Assembly (NCBI GenBank): GCA_028534125.1
Contig: CM052817.1
Location: 38,380,001-38,444,000 of the forward strand
DNA: 64,000 nucleotides
From: Lama glama
Lineage: Eukaryota
Direction of reading: 5' to 3'
Positions 37,798 to 51,289 of the stretch are shown here, piece by piece. Under the pieces are notes generated by a model. It ran no database searches and was not told the DNA's origin. It saw only the letters and a program-made list of their open reading frames with translations. Each line of letters starts with the position of its first letter. The stretch's first letter is position 1. Made by a program: the position numbers and the translations under genes.

Positions 37798-38795
37798 CAA
37801 TAGGCTGAGAGCAACACAAGTACTATAATGGAAAGAGCACTGAAATACTTAAAAATTTTTTCTAATTGTAAAGTTAATGTTACTTCACATGAACAAATAA
37901 AACTTGATTTTTTTCTCTGTTTGGATTAAATACAGCTATAACATCCATCAAAGATTACTGATTAATCTAAAAAAAATCAACAATTATATATTGATTTCTG
38001 TTCCAAAACAAGGGGGAGAAAACCCCTAGAACCTAAGACTCTGTGTTCTAGGGGCCAATAAACTAAGGAAGACAACCTCTTCAACTAAATACCATAGAGA
38101 GAAAATGATATTTGGATTTTTAAAATCAAATGGAAAGCAGGGCACTTTAAGAGCAGAATTTTTTTAGTTTTTATAATTTCATTAAAATTATGTAAAAATT
38201 TTTAAATAAAATTTAGAAATTAAATTAAATTTAGAGTTAAACGCTCCTTTTCACCCTAAGCCAAGTAACAAATTTTCACTTAAAAGAAAATTTGATGGAA
38301 CAGAATATGTAGGAAGATGGAATTAGTTTTTAATGAATAATACAATGTTTACTTTGGAGAGAAAATTTTCCACTTGGAGATCAAACCCCTGGGACGGTGA
38401 TAATAATGACAATGGTGGTGGCAGAGATGATGATATACTACGCTTGAAACTAGGGACTGAGTGATCGTTGCCTGGGTATGGAGGATAGCCTATGACAAAC
38501 ACAAAAACAAACAAATAAGTAAAGAACTTTTACTTGGGACTTTGAAGTTCAGAATCATAGGCCTGTGCCAAATGGAAAACCATAGATTCTTCGGCTGTTA
38601 GTGGGCATATCCAGATCTGTCAGACTAGGGAATTAATAGTAACCACCACACACAGGTTGATGTGTAATAGAGTAAGTGAATCAAAAGCAATATAAAGCTG
38701 ACAGGATTCTCAGTAAACGCTATGCCATCAATACATGCTGACTGATGAGCCAATGATGTCAGAGACCATGTCTGAGCCTACCACTTAATCACTGT

Positions 38796-41700
38796 GAGGA
38801 GAGCAGTGTCAGCATCATGGCAGTGCGAGTCGTTCCTTTTTTCTCCCCTCTCTGATTTACCACTAATCAGACATCCACCGCCAGTGAGGGAAAGAAAGCA
38901 CCACTGCATAGCATACCAGGACACCTAGGAGATCCATTCATCTGTGCCAAAGTGGGTGGACTGGGCCATGGAGGAGGTGGCAGAGTGAGGGTGGTGAAGC
39001 GGCCTCAGAGGCTGTGACAGCAGAGAAGGCAGCAGCAGTCCAACAGCAAGCCAGCACCACCTTTCTGGCAGAGGAAGTGGAAGGTGAAGGTGGTGAGTGA
39101 GGGTCTGCCTGGCCACATGTGCTACAGCTAAAGGAACCAGTTGCTCTCTCAAAAGAGCGGCTGGAGTGACTGGGGGAAGGGAAAGGAAAGGAAGTAGGCA
39201 ACGAGAGCGGATAGAAAGTGTCTCCTATCTGTACAAGGGAGGCAACAGGAGTGCCCACAACCCTCACTTGAGGATTCCTCTGCCCAGCCATGGGCATATC
39301 CGAAGTCCTAAGGGCTAAGTGCACACCTCCCCGCACTCTCTCCCCCAACTCTGCTGCCACCCTTAGTTTGGGTTTTTTAGGTTCAGTCTCCCAACCTTAG
39401 TCAGTGCCTGTAAGAGAAACCAAAAACTTGTGCTCTAGTGCCACCTACTGGAAAACAAAAGGCTCCTAACTACCAACCTACTGAATTCCTAGTATCAAAG
39501 TAAACAAAGACTTGCCTAAATAAGAAAAGTGCTCACTACTTCAAATGCAGTGGCATTTGAATTTCATCAAACACCATGAGAAATGAGATTTCAAAACTCC
39601 ACTATTAGTGGATAGATCGTGCAGACAGAAAATCAAAAGGAAACTTTGGAATTGAACCACATTTTAAAACAAATGAATTTAGTATACATTTACAGAACAT
39701 TCCATCCAACAGAAGCAGAATACATATTCTTTTCAAGTGAATCTGGAATATTCACTAGGATAGATCATATGGCAGGCCACAAAACAAATATTAGCAAATT
39801 TCAGAAGTCTGAAATCATACCAACAATCTCTTCTGATCTCAATGGTATGAAACTAAAAATCGACAAGAGGAAATTAAGAAGATCTACAGACATATAGAAA
39901 CTAAACAACACACTACTAAACAATCATTGTATCAAAGAAGAAGTCAAAAAGGAAATAAAAAATTATCTTGATAGAAATGAAAATGAAAACACAACATATC
40001 AAATATTGTGGAATGCAGCAAAAACAGTTGAGAGGAAATAGCAATAACTGCATATATTAAGAAATTAGACAAAGTTGACAAAACTTAAGCTAGACTAAGG
40101 GAAAAAAAGAGAAGATTCAAATAAGTACAATTTAAAATGATAGAGGAGATGTTGTAAGTGATACTCCAGAAATATAATCATAAGAAACTACTATGAACAA
40201 TTATATGCCAACAAATTGCATAACCTAGAAGAAATAGATAAATTCTTAGAAACATGCAATCTGCCGAGACAGAACCAAGAAGACACAGAAAATCTAAATG
40301 GACCAATAGTAAGAAAAGCGATTGAAATCAATAATCAAAAAACTCCCAACACAGAAAATTCTAGGACCAAATGGCTTCATTGGATAATTCTGCTAACCAT
40401 TTAAAGTATTAACTGATCTTCCTCAGACTCTTCCAAAATACTGAAGAGGAGGGAACATTTTCAAATTCATTCTATGAGGCCAGAACTACTTTGATACAAA
40501 GACTAGAAAAGAAAACTATACCAATATCACTGATGAATATAGATGCAAAAATTCTCAAGAAAATATTAGCAAACTGAATTCAAGAACACTTTAAAAGGAT
40601 TATACACCATGACCAAGTGGGATTTATCCTTGAAATAAACTTCTGCTAATCAATAAATCTAATACATCACATTAATCAAATAAAAGATAAAATCACATGG
40701 TTATTCAATAGATGCAGAAAAAGCATATGATAAAATACAACACCCCTTCATGATAAAGACCCTTAACAGACTGAGTATAGAAGGAACATACCCCAACGTA
40801 ATAAGAGCCATATAAGACAAACCAGAGCTAACATTATATTCAATGGAGAGAAACTAAAAGTGTTTCTTGTAAGATCAGGAAAAGGCAAAGATGCCCACTC
40901 TCACAATATCAATTCAAATAATACAGTACAGGAAGTTGTAGCAAAAGCAATCAGGCAAGACAAAGAAATAAAAGGCATCCAAATTGGAAAGAAAGAAGTA
41001 AAACTGTAATGTGCTGGTGATATAATCCTATATATAGAAAACCTAAAGAATCAAGTTTTAAAAATTTATAATTAATGACTTCAGTAAAGTGGTACATTAC
41101 AAAATCAACAGACAAAATTCAATTGCATTCCTTAATATTAATGATGAAGCATCTGAAAAAGACATAAAGAAAACTGTGCCATTTATAATAGCATCAAAAA
41201 CAATAAAGTACTCAGGAATAAATTTAACCAAGGAAATGAAATGTCTGTGCAGTGAAAACTACAAGACTTTGCCAAAAGAAACTGAAGAAGATTTACATTT
41301 ACAAAGTAAATATATCTGAGTTTATGGATCAGAAGAATTAACATTGTTAAACTGGCCATATCACCTAAAGTGATCTAGAGTTTCAATGTAATCCCCATCA
41401 AAATACCAGAGGCATTCTTCACAGAAATAGAAGAAACAATCCTAAAATTTATGTGGAACCACAAGAAACTCTGAATAGCCAAAGAAATCCTGAGAGAAAA
41501 GAACAAAGCTGGAGGTGACACTTCCAAATTTCAAAACTATACTATAAAGCCATAGTAATAAAAAACAGTTTGGTACTGACACAAAAATAGACACATTATC
41601 CAGCGGAATAAAAAAAAGGAACCCATAATTAAACCTTACCATATATAGTTAACTAATATTTAACAAGAGAGCCAAGAACATGCAATTAGGAAAAGACAGT

Positions 41701-42100
41701 CTCTTTAACATATAGTGCTGGGAAAACTGGAGAAACACATGCAGAACAATGACATTATACTCCTGTCTCATAGCACTCACAAAAATTAACTTGAAATGGA
41801 TCAAAGACTTAAACATCAGTCCTGACACCATAAAACTTCAGAAGAAAATGTCAGGAAGAAGCTCACTGATATTGGTCTTGGCAATAATTTGGGAGGTATG
41901 ATGCCAAAAGCAGAAATAATAAAAGAAAAAAATCAACAAATGGGATTACATCAAACTCAAAAGCTTCCACACAGCAAAAGAAGAAATTAACAAAATGAAA
42001 AGACAAGCCACAAACAGTGACACTTTGCAAATCATGTATCAGATAAGGGGCTAATATCCAAAGTATAAAGAACTCAGTCAACTCAATAACAAAAAATCAA
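38796..42100 (+). mobile_element. Older LINE-1 with 5' UTR, ORF1 deleted, decayed ORF2 (EN-RT), 3' end missing
   Basis: 5' terminus-like 'tgtcagcatcatggc'; EN remnant 'YRTFHPTEAEYIFFSS...RIDHMAGHKT'; '[16 protein letters not shown]'; many stops and frameshifts. Confidence 0.88.
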
Positions 42101-44259
42101 GATAAACAATGTGCTAAACAACCAATGGATCATTGAAGAAATCAAAGAGGAAATCAAAAAAATATTTTGAGACAAATGAAAACAAAAAAACAATGATCTA
42201 AAACCTCTGGGACACAGCAAAAGCATTTCTCAGAGGGAAGTTTATAGCCTATGTCAGAAAATGAGAAAAAAATCTCAAATAAACAACCTAACCTTACACC
42301 TAAAGCAACTAGAGAAAGAAGAACAAACAAAACCCAAAGTTTGTAGAAGAAAAGAAATCGTAAAGATTAGAGCAGAAATAAATAAAATAGAGACTAAAAA
42401 AATAAAAAAGATCAATGAAACTAAAGGCTGGTTCTTTAAAAAGATAAACAAAATTCTTAAACCTTTAGTCAGACTCATCAAGAACAAAAGGGAGAGTGTC
42501 CAAATTAATAAAATCAGAAATGAAAAAGGAGAAGTTACAACCAACACAACAGAAATACAGGGATCATAAGAGGCTACTATGAGCAACTATATGCCAACAA
42601 AAAGGACGATGTAGAAGAAATGGACAATTTCTTAGAAAGCTATAATGTGCCAAGACTGAACCAGGAATAGACAATATGAACAGACCAATTACCAGTACTG
42701 AAATTAAATCAGTAATTTAGAAACTCCCAACAAACAAAAGTCCAGGATCAGATGGGTTTACAGGTGAATTCTACCAAACATTTAGAGAAGAGTTAACATA
42801 CATCCTTCTGAAACTATTCCAAAAATGGCAGAGGAAAGAACACTTTCAGATTCATTCTATGAGGCCAGCATCACCCTGATACCAAAATCAGACAAAGATA
42901 TCACACAAAAAAAGTAAAATTACAGATCAGTATCACTTATGAATTTAGATGCAAAAATCTCAATAAAATACTAGCAAATCGACTCCAACAATGCATTAAA
43001 AGGATCACACACCATAGTCAAGTGGGATTTATCCCAGGGATGCAGGGATTTTTCAATAATCGCAAATCAATCAATGTGATACACCACATTAACAAATGGA
43101 AAACTAAAAACCATATGGTCATCTGAATAGATGCAGAAAAGGCTTTTGATAAAATTCAACATCCATTTATGATCAAAACTCTCCAGAAAGTGGACATAGA
43201 CGGAACACACCTCAACATAATAAAGGCCATGTATGACAAACACACAGCTAACATCATACTTAATGGGGAAAGCTGAAAGCATTTCCTCTAACATCAGGAA
43301 CAAGACAAGGATGCCCACTCTTGCCACTTTTATTCAACATAGCTTTGGAAGTCCTAGCCATAGCAATTAGAGAAGGAAAAGAAATAAAAAGAATCCAAAT
43401 TAAAAACAAAGAAGTAAAACTGTCACTGTTTGCAGATGACATGATATTATACACAGAAAACCCTAAAGAAGCAACTAGAAAACTACTAGAACACATCAGT
43501 GAATTTGGTAAAGTTGCAGGATATAAAATTAATATACAAAAATCAGTTGCATTTCTACACACTAACAACAAAATAGCAGAAAAAGAAATTAAGGAAACAA
43601 TACCAATTACCATCACACCAAAAAGAATAAAATACCTAGGAATAAACCTATTCAAGGAGGTAAAAGACCTGTACTCTGAAAACTATAAGATGCTGATGAA
43701 AGAAATTGGAGATGACATAAACAAATGGAAAGATACACCATGTTCTTGGATTGGAAGAATCAATATTGTTAAAATGGCCATACTACCCAAGGCAATGTAC
43801 AGATTCAGTGCAGTCCCTATCAAGTTACCAATGACATTTTTCACAGAGTTGGAACAAAAAATGTTAAAATTTGTATGGAAACACAAAAGACCCCAAAAAG
43901 CCAAAACAATCTTGAAAAAGAAGAATGGAGCTGGGGGAATCATGCTCCCTGACTTCACACTATACCTCAAAGTTACAGTAATCGACACAGTATGGTACTG
44001 GCACAAAAACAGACACACAGATCAATGGAACAGAATAGAAAGTCTAGAAATAAACCCACCTACTTATGGTCAATTAATCTATGACAAAGAAGGCAAGCAT
44101 ATACAATGGACAAAGGCAGTCTCTTCAATAAGTGGTGCTGGGAAAACTGGACAGGCACTTGCTGAAATTAGAACATTCTCTAACACCACATACATACATA
44201 AACTCAAAATGGATTAAAGACTTAAATGTAAGACCAGATACTATAAAACTCCTAGAAGA
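42101..44259 (+). mobile_element. Younger LINE-1 ORF2 fragment, truncated at both 5' and 3' ends
   Basis: 'SQINNLTLHLKQLEKEEQTKPK', RT core; ends abruptly at 'aaaactcctagaaga' with no 3' UTR or poly(A). Confidence 0.93.
43321..44217 (+). pseudogene. L1 ORF2 reverse-transcriptase remnant (298-codon open stretch, not a functional gene)
   Basis: '[12 protein letters not shown]...[10 protein letters not shown]...GYKINIQKS...KYLGINL...[10 protein letters not shown]'; frameshifts upstream and near 44110. Confidence 0.92.
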
Positions 44260-45404
44260 GCCTGACATATTTAAATAATACTTTAAACAGAAGCACACAG
44301 ATTACTTCTGTCAGTAACAAGATGTAAACTTAAGTAGAAAAGAGCAAGAAAGTAGCAGGAATTCAGCCTCTTTCCCAAGCCTAGCTGGATCCCAGCAGCC
44401 CAGGAATGCAAGAAAAGCAAAGAGTCCAGAGGAAAGAGAAACTTTCACTAAAAACATTGCATTTGCTTTTGCTCTGTGTAGCTATCTCATTTCCTTTAGG
44501 TTCTGTATCTTTGGCAGGGATTAGAGACACAGAAAAAGACAAGGAGATAAGAGAGATAAAGATAGTGATAGAGATGAGAGAGACAGAGACAGAGGAGGTC
44601 TCGCCTTGCCAATCCATAACTTAATCTGAACATAACACCTATTTAGCTATAAACTGATTTCTTGGCAAGCCACCAAATTCTGTGACTATTCTTCAAAAAA
44701 CACAGCAAACATGATTTTACCATTTAAGGATTGTCATACAGGTGTTCAGGATGCAGGTGGATTATTTCCAGCAGAAAATTGAATAATGTGGAATTACATC
44801 ATCTAATTAATTAAAATCTGCGCTCAACAAATTCATTTATTCCACATGTGCTTAAATCCCCCATTCCACTTTAGCCAGAGGGTTAGGAAGAAATAAAGCA
44901 AACACCAGAACAGCTGAGCTCAGGTTTCTGTCCTGCCAGTGTAATGACAAGAGCTGCATGGCTAAATTACCCCGTATCTAAACCCCCATACATCACATGG
45001 TGCAGTTTGACCTGAAAATAGCCAACAAAATATAATAACTATATTCACAAATGATAAGAAAAAATAATGTCCTTAACACGAAGTCTTTAACACATGCAAT
45101 CATTTTAATTATTCTACTTACGAAAAAGCATATTGTATTTGGGTTTTAAGGTAGAGTTTGTGAATATTACATTTATTTAAATCTGTGGCAGTTAAAGAGT
45201 CTTGGTTTTGCAGTTTCTTTTAGAAGCATTTATTTTAAATGACCCTTTCTGTATTTTTAACAAAATAGGAATCAGAAGGGTGTCATACAAAGAAATAATG
45301 GAACAGGAAGACTCTATGTGGAGTAAAACCTTCCATAAGAGGAACTTGCCAAGTCAAAGGAAATGAAAGGCTATGATGGACAGGAAGGAAATAGAGTTAA
45401 GTTA

Positions 45405-45600
45405 CATTGTTGAACTATTCACCAGGTACTGAACTCAGTGCCTTCTCAGTTATTTCATTTAATCTCAAAAATACTAATATTTGGTTATTATCATCCACAT
45501 TGTCACAGATGAGGAAATGGATTCAGAGACCCCAGCTCACTCGTTCAAGTTCACACAGTTGGTAAATGGTACAGTGAGGTCTGGAACGCAAATTTTCACA
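45405..45600 (-). mobile_element. MIR
   Basis: 'attatcatccacattgtcacagatgaggaaatggattcagaga...caagttcacacagttggtaaatgg'. Confidence 0.75.
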
Positions 45601-48477
45601 TGTTTTTTACCATGGATACTTGGCTTATTCCAGTGTACTTGGGAATTTGAAGGCCACTCACAGTATCAGTGAATTTCCTCCCTTATCTTCTCCACCTCTC
45701 TGAATTGCTTTTACAGCATACCTGAGGAACCACATTTCTAACAAACATGTCTCTAATGCTCCCAGGTTCCAGTTTTCGGTTTCTTGTGTGAAATCCTGTA
45801 GCATTTGTTTACTCCACACTTACACATCCTGCATCATATGCTACCTAGTTTACTAGTCAACTTCTACACATAATTTATCTTTTTGATTACTCACTTGAAG
45901 ACAGAGACCACATCTTAAAGATTTTTGGGTTCCTCATTGTATACAGATGCAAAATTAATTTCCTCTGCTCTACCAACTTTGAGCAATTAGTAGCTGCTGC
46001 CTAGAGTGCCATGTTGAAAAACTTGTACAGCCTGTTTCCTGCCACAGTGAAAAAAACAACAAAAAACAAAAACAATTTTTTGACTAATTAGTGATAGTGT
46101 GGCGGGTATGACTGGGGAATGAAAGAAATAGGAGGTAGTGGAGAGGTAGAAAATGACAGCACTCATGCATGTGTGTGCTGAGCCTGTCACAGTACTTCAA
46201 ATAAAACTTTGTACAACGCAGATTTCCATCTTTAATGAAACTAGCTCAGATAGATGAATATAATTGTCTAACATTTACATTAAAATTACAAACCATTAAT
46301 TGAAGTGATTTTTTTTAAAATTCAGGTTAAACATGCAGAGGAATTGAAGCCTTTTAATTTTAACAAATTTCTATCCACAAATAATCCCTGTGGTTTACCA
46401 CCTAGTGAGTGAGGGCAAAAATGGATTAATTCTCCATCCTGGTTAAAGCTACAGAATAAGGATTAAATTGTATTGGGTTCACTGTTTCTGGATAAAAATT
46501 CTCAGTGTCTCTAACATCCTCTTCCTCCTTCTCACTTCCTCCATAAAGAATCTACACGAGTAAAGGAGGACAGAGTGCAGAGCACAGATGTCCTTGGGTG
46601 CATTGTGGTTCCCACCACACTGGCAGAAATGACTTCGTGCTAATCCTCAGATGTGTGCTCCCTGCTGTCCACTGCTCTAAAGGGCTATGACCTTGGTTCA
46701 CCTTGCTGCTATGAGCCCTGCTGGCCTCCTCTGCTGCAGTTCAGAGTCAGTAAGTCATGATTCAGTGCTTTGGCTCTAGAAGCACTCACAGGGAACCTCA
46801 ACCATCTAACCATTACCAACTCAGTCTGCTTTTAGTTCTTGATGCCTGCAAATTCTGAGTCTACAGCTCCTCCTCCACCTGATCCCAGGCTGAGTTGTCC
46901 ACTCCATCCTGTGCTGTTGGGGTCACCTTGCCTCCTTCGATAGTCCTGATTCTCAGCCCCAATTTTGTAAACTTCAAAGTACTTATCTGATCAGCGGTAC
47001 ACACCAGCTTTGATATGTGTAGCCTCCTCCCAGAGACCCAAACTAGATCAAGAGCCCTAACTTTCTTGAGCCCCTAAATTTGGTAAGTCCCTGAGTTTAA
47101 CCACAACCAAAGCCCCAAAAGGAAGCTGGGACACACACATCTAAATGCTTTGATATCTCCTTTTCTTTCCAACCTTCTTCATGCAAATACCTGGGCCAGC
47201 CTTGAGGAGAGAGAGCTTTCTTTTATTTCTCTTATGTCATGTCTTTCTTCTACCAGAAAAGGCCTGTCCTAGTATAAAGGAGTGTATTCTTTACTCTGTT
47301 GGAGAAAACTGTGAATATTCCTGCAAACATCATCTTAATTTGCTGAAGGAGGGGATAAAGGAATTTGGAAAACTCCTTTTCAAGGCTATGGTGAGATCTT
47401 AAAGACTAACAGGTGGCATGGTTTTTTTAGTATGCATATCAGAAGGTGAATATTAACTAAGTCTTTCTCTTTGTATGCCATACTGTTTGTTCCTAATACA
47501 GTCCCAGACAATGTCTGCCCCTGGGGGAAAAGGGCAAAGGTCTTATATTCAAAAAGGCAAAAGAAAAATCACATTAACAGTTTTCAAACTACATTCTCAG
47601 TATACCTCAATGTCAGTAATACATAAAATAACGAGTGGTTGGTACACTCTGTTGATCAGAGGCCAAAATCAATAGTCTGACTCCCTAAAAGACCAGCTTA
47701 CTTCAGTAGTTTATAGGTAAGTGTTAACTCCAACTTCAAGCTATCATTCTATAATTAATTGCTGATTATTAGTTATGAAAGGGAATAGATAAACTGGTAT
47801 GAATAAGTAGTACAAATTCTAATCATAATTCAAAATCATGATTGTAAAATATGTGCCTTCATCATATTGATCATTAGTGTTACCTTTATAATATCTGATT
47901 GAATCTATGAAAATGTTGCTATTCTGAGTCCATAAAATATAAATAAAATATTGTGGCAGGATTCCTCTTTTATAGCTTATGGACCTCAGTTCTTCCCACT
48001 CCTAACTTAGGCTTACCGTAAAATTATGTAAAATTGTGTTGCCTAAACACAAATACATTAGGAATTTTCCTGCTTTTTATTTATGTACTATTTCTGAAGG
48101 TGGAAAAAAAATGGTGTTCAAATAAAGCTAACTAGATTTTAAAATATGTATGAGCCCAAAACTCTTTTGTCATTCTGTAAAAAAAAGTATCTGGATCTTT
48201 AAATAAACAAATAGCCAGTTCTATAAGGGATCTCATTCATGTTTCTAAGCCTTGTCATTTGACCAAACTGGTTTTGAATTCAGTGACTGTTCAATTGATG
48301 CATGAATGCCTATTTTTGGCCTCTTTCAAATAAGAAGGCACATATTGCTCCTCAATTAGAAAAAATACCCAGTGCTTTATTCATTCATGCAGTGTTTCCT
48401 TCACTCCATCCAGAGTGCAGGATCAGACACTGTGCTTAACTCAGTTGGTTTCAAACAACAACAAAAAGTAGGGCACT

Positions 48478-50330
48478 GGATTTCTGCCCCTGACTATGAT
48501 AGAGTAAAGGGAAATGGACTCACCCCAACAAGTAAACAACCAGGAAAATGGACAAAGCACATTCAAAGAGTGTGTTCAGGCATCAGACAACAGGCAGCAT
48601 AGGATGCTGACCCCTGAAGAAAGGTAAATGAATGGAGTGGTCTCTACAACTCTCCCGACTTTCTACCTGGAGACACTATCCAGGGCATGGCGTGGAGAAG
48701 GGGATCCTGAGTAAAACACAGATATCTCACTGAGTTAAGAAGACAGATCTGAATGTGTGAGCTGGGTGACTGGACTTTGAAGGGCAGAGATCTAGAGAGG
48801 AAAGCACTACAGTGCTGGAGCTCCAGCAATACACAGAGAGGCCTTGCTGAATACAAAGTCATGATGCACAGTGTAGATTCCCATAAGGCAGGACAAAGAG
48901 CAACCTGGGAGCTGAGATCTGAACAAGAGCTCAGTGGGCCTGGAAGACATCTGAGTCCATACTAGCCAAAGAGAGTCCTTCTTGGACCCCTGGGTATTCA
49001 GAAGAACCTCTAGAAGGAAAACGCCTTAGTAGTAGGTCTAAACTAGGCGTAGATTAAAAGCTTTTCTAAACTCAAACGTCAGAATTACTATAATAAAAAA
49101 AATCAGAAAAAGATATTACAAGGAAGGAAAACTTCAGATTATTTCTCATAAACACACATGAAAAGTCTTTTAAAACTGTATACAAATAAAATTAAAATAA
49201 TTTAAAAGGATAAAGTCATAACTAAATTGGAATCATCCCAGGAATGTAAGTGTGGCTTAATACTGAAAAATCAATGGATGTAGTTCAGTATATTAGCAAG
49301 AAAAAATATATTTATATATATAAAGAAAAACTACCTAACTGAAAAGGCAATTATAAGTGATCAGTAAGCATTTGAAAACATGCTCAATAATATTTGCTTT
49401 CAGAGAAGTGCAAATTAAAAAACCATAATGAGAAACAACAAGGATTTACTGTAGGGCACAGGGAACTATGTTTAATATCTTGTAATAAACTATAATGGAA
49501 AAGAATTTTTAAAAGAATCTAAATATATACATGTACATATGTATAACCAAATTACTTTGCTGTACACCTGAAACTAATACAATATTGTAAATCAAGTATA
49601 TGTCGGTAAAATAAATAACACAATAAGATATTACTACATGTTAGAATAACTAATGTTAAAAATATTCACAATTGCAAATATTGTGAAGGATATGGAGCAA
49701 CTGGAACTCTCACACTTTTCTGAAAGCATAAAATGGTATTAACTACTTTAGAAAATAATTTGGCAGTGTTTTCACAAAATTAAACAAACACTTATCAGAT
49801 GATACAGATGAATACCTGCTACTACCCGGTATTCACTCAAGACAAATGAAACCTTGTGCCCACACAAAGAATCATATGTGTATGTCTTATAGCAGGTTTA
49901 TTTGTATGGTAAACTTGAAATTACCCAAATGTCTATCAATGAATGAATAGATACATTTTGATATATCACAAAATTGAATGCTTCTCAACAATAAATAGGA
50001 ACAGCTATTGAGTCACAAATGGATGAATCTCAAAAATATGCTGAGTAAAAGAAGCTAGACAGAAAAGAGCATGCATTTTATGGTTTCATTTAAATGCAAT
50101 TCCAGAAAAGGCAAAACTATGATTAGTTAGTGGTTGACTAGAGCTGAAAGTAAAAGTATAATAGAACAGGTACACGAAAGAATGCTTTGGGATGATGTAA
50201 ACGTTCTCCAGGTTGATTTTGGGGGTGGTTACAAAAGTATATGCATTTTTCAGCTCATCTAACCATGAACTTAAAATTAGTGGATCTTATTGTGTATGTA
50301 AATTATATCCTGAGAAAGTTGCTCAAAAAA
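48478..50330 (+). mobile_element. Ancient L1 (L1MD/L1ME-type) with 5' UTR, short ORF2 pieces and 3' end
   Basis: 5' part 'aaacaaccaggaaaatggacaaa...agacaacaggcagcatagga'; ORF2 piece 'atcccaggaatgtaagtgtggcttaa'; 3' end 'tgtgtatgtaaattatatcc'. Confidence 0.75.
49434..49616 (+). mobile_element. Short cetartiodactyl-type L1 3' UTR nested in the ancient L1
   Basis: 'aacaacaaggatttactgta...cacagggaacta...tttgctgtacacctgaaactaa'; degenerate TSD aaccataatgaga (49421-49433) / aacacaataaga (49617-49628). Confidence 0.85.
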
Positions 50331-51289
50331 TTGGTGGGAGGGGAGGGAGTAATTCCCCACCTTTTGCATTTATTCTGAGTCAGATTGTGAATTCAAATAA
50401 TGAGATATTTGCTCAACCTTGAATATGACACCCTGATGGTCTATAATTATCAGAAGTCCACATATAGCACAACTATTCCTTTAAATCAAAACTCTAGTTT
50501 TTGAGGTGATATCTTCTAAGAGGATCACTGGCTTCTAGATTGCTTTGGAACTGCCTTAAAATGATGACATAAGCATCATCAAATGAGGGTCACAGGTAGA
50601 TCAGAAAAAGACCTCAAATTAGGTGTGAGCTCTATTGCATAGCTATGGAGAGTTTCTTAGGGTGCAATAAAGTATATAACTAAGGACTTATGATTTACCA
50701 TAAGTATAACTCGGGAAAATGGAGACAGGATGAAAACAGAAGTCTAATTCCCTATCTACTTACTCTTGAATCAAAACTTGTAACTTCATCTTGGAAAGGA
50801 AGTTTCTAGGATTGTTATTGACCATGGATTGCTAAAAACAAATGAAACAAGCAGAAGTGTCAGGATGTTAGTGCAACAGTCAGTAGGAATGAGATAAATT
50901 ACCATTTTTCTTGTGTTAGAGTTCTAAGAGATTTTCTTCTAGGGAAAAAAAAGTATATGTTTTAAGCTTAAAAAGTAGCAAATTTCCTTGAATGTATCTG
51001 AACTTATTTAATTAGCATACCCTTTTAAATTACAAAAGTACCAACATAATTTTCCTTAGTATTGAGCAGAGAAAAATAATCTATATTTACACATGTTAAA
51101 ATGATCTTAAGTGACCTTTTCAAATACTACCTGCAAAAAACACCCTATTATTATCTTTGGCAGTTTAAATACAGAAAAGATTTTGCTGAAACAAGCATGG
51201 ATACCTTAAATAGTGGAGCAGCATTATAGGGAAAATGCCAGTTAATTCTCTACAACTAGAGATCTCTTTCTACTACATAAGTTATTGCA

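Noticed and set aside
43067..44018. Hydrophobic antisense ORFs (86-131 aa) over L1
   Set aside because: Typical by-product of the T-rich L1 antisense strand.
43321..44217. Reverse-transcriptase ORF as a novel or domesticated RT system
   Set aside because: Ordinary L1 ORF2 fragment with a non-ATG start, flanking frameshifts and stops, and no promoter or 3' end.
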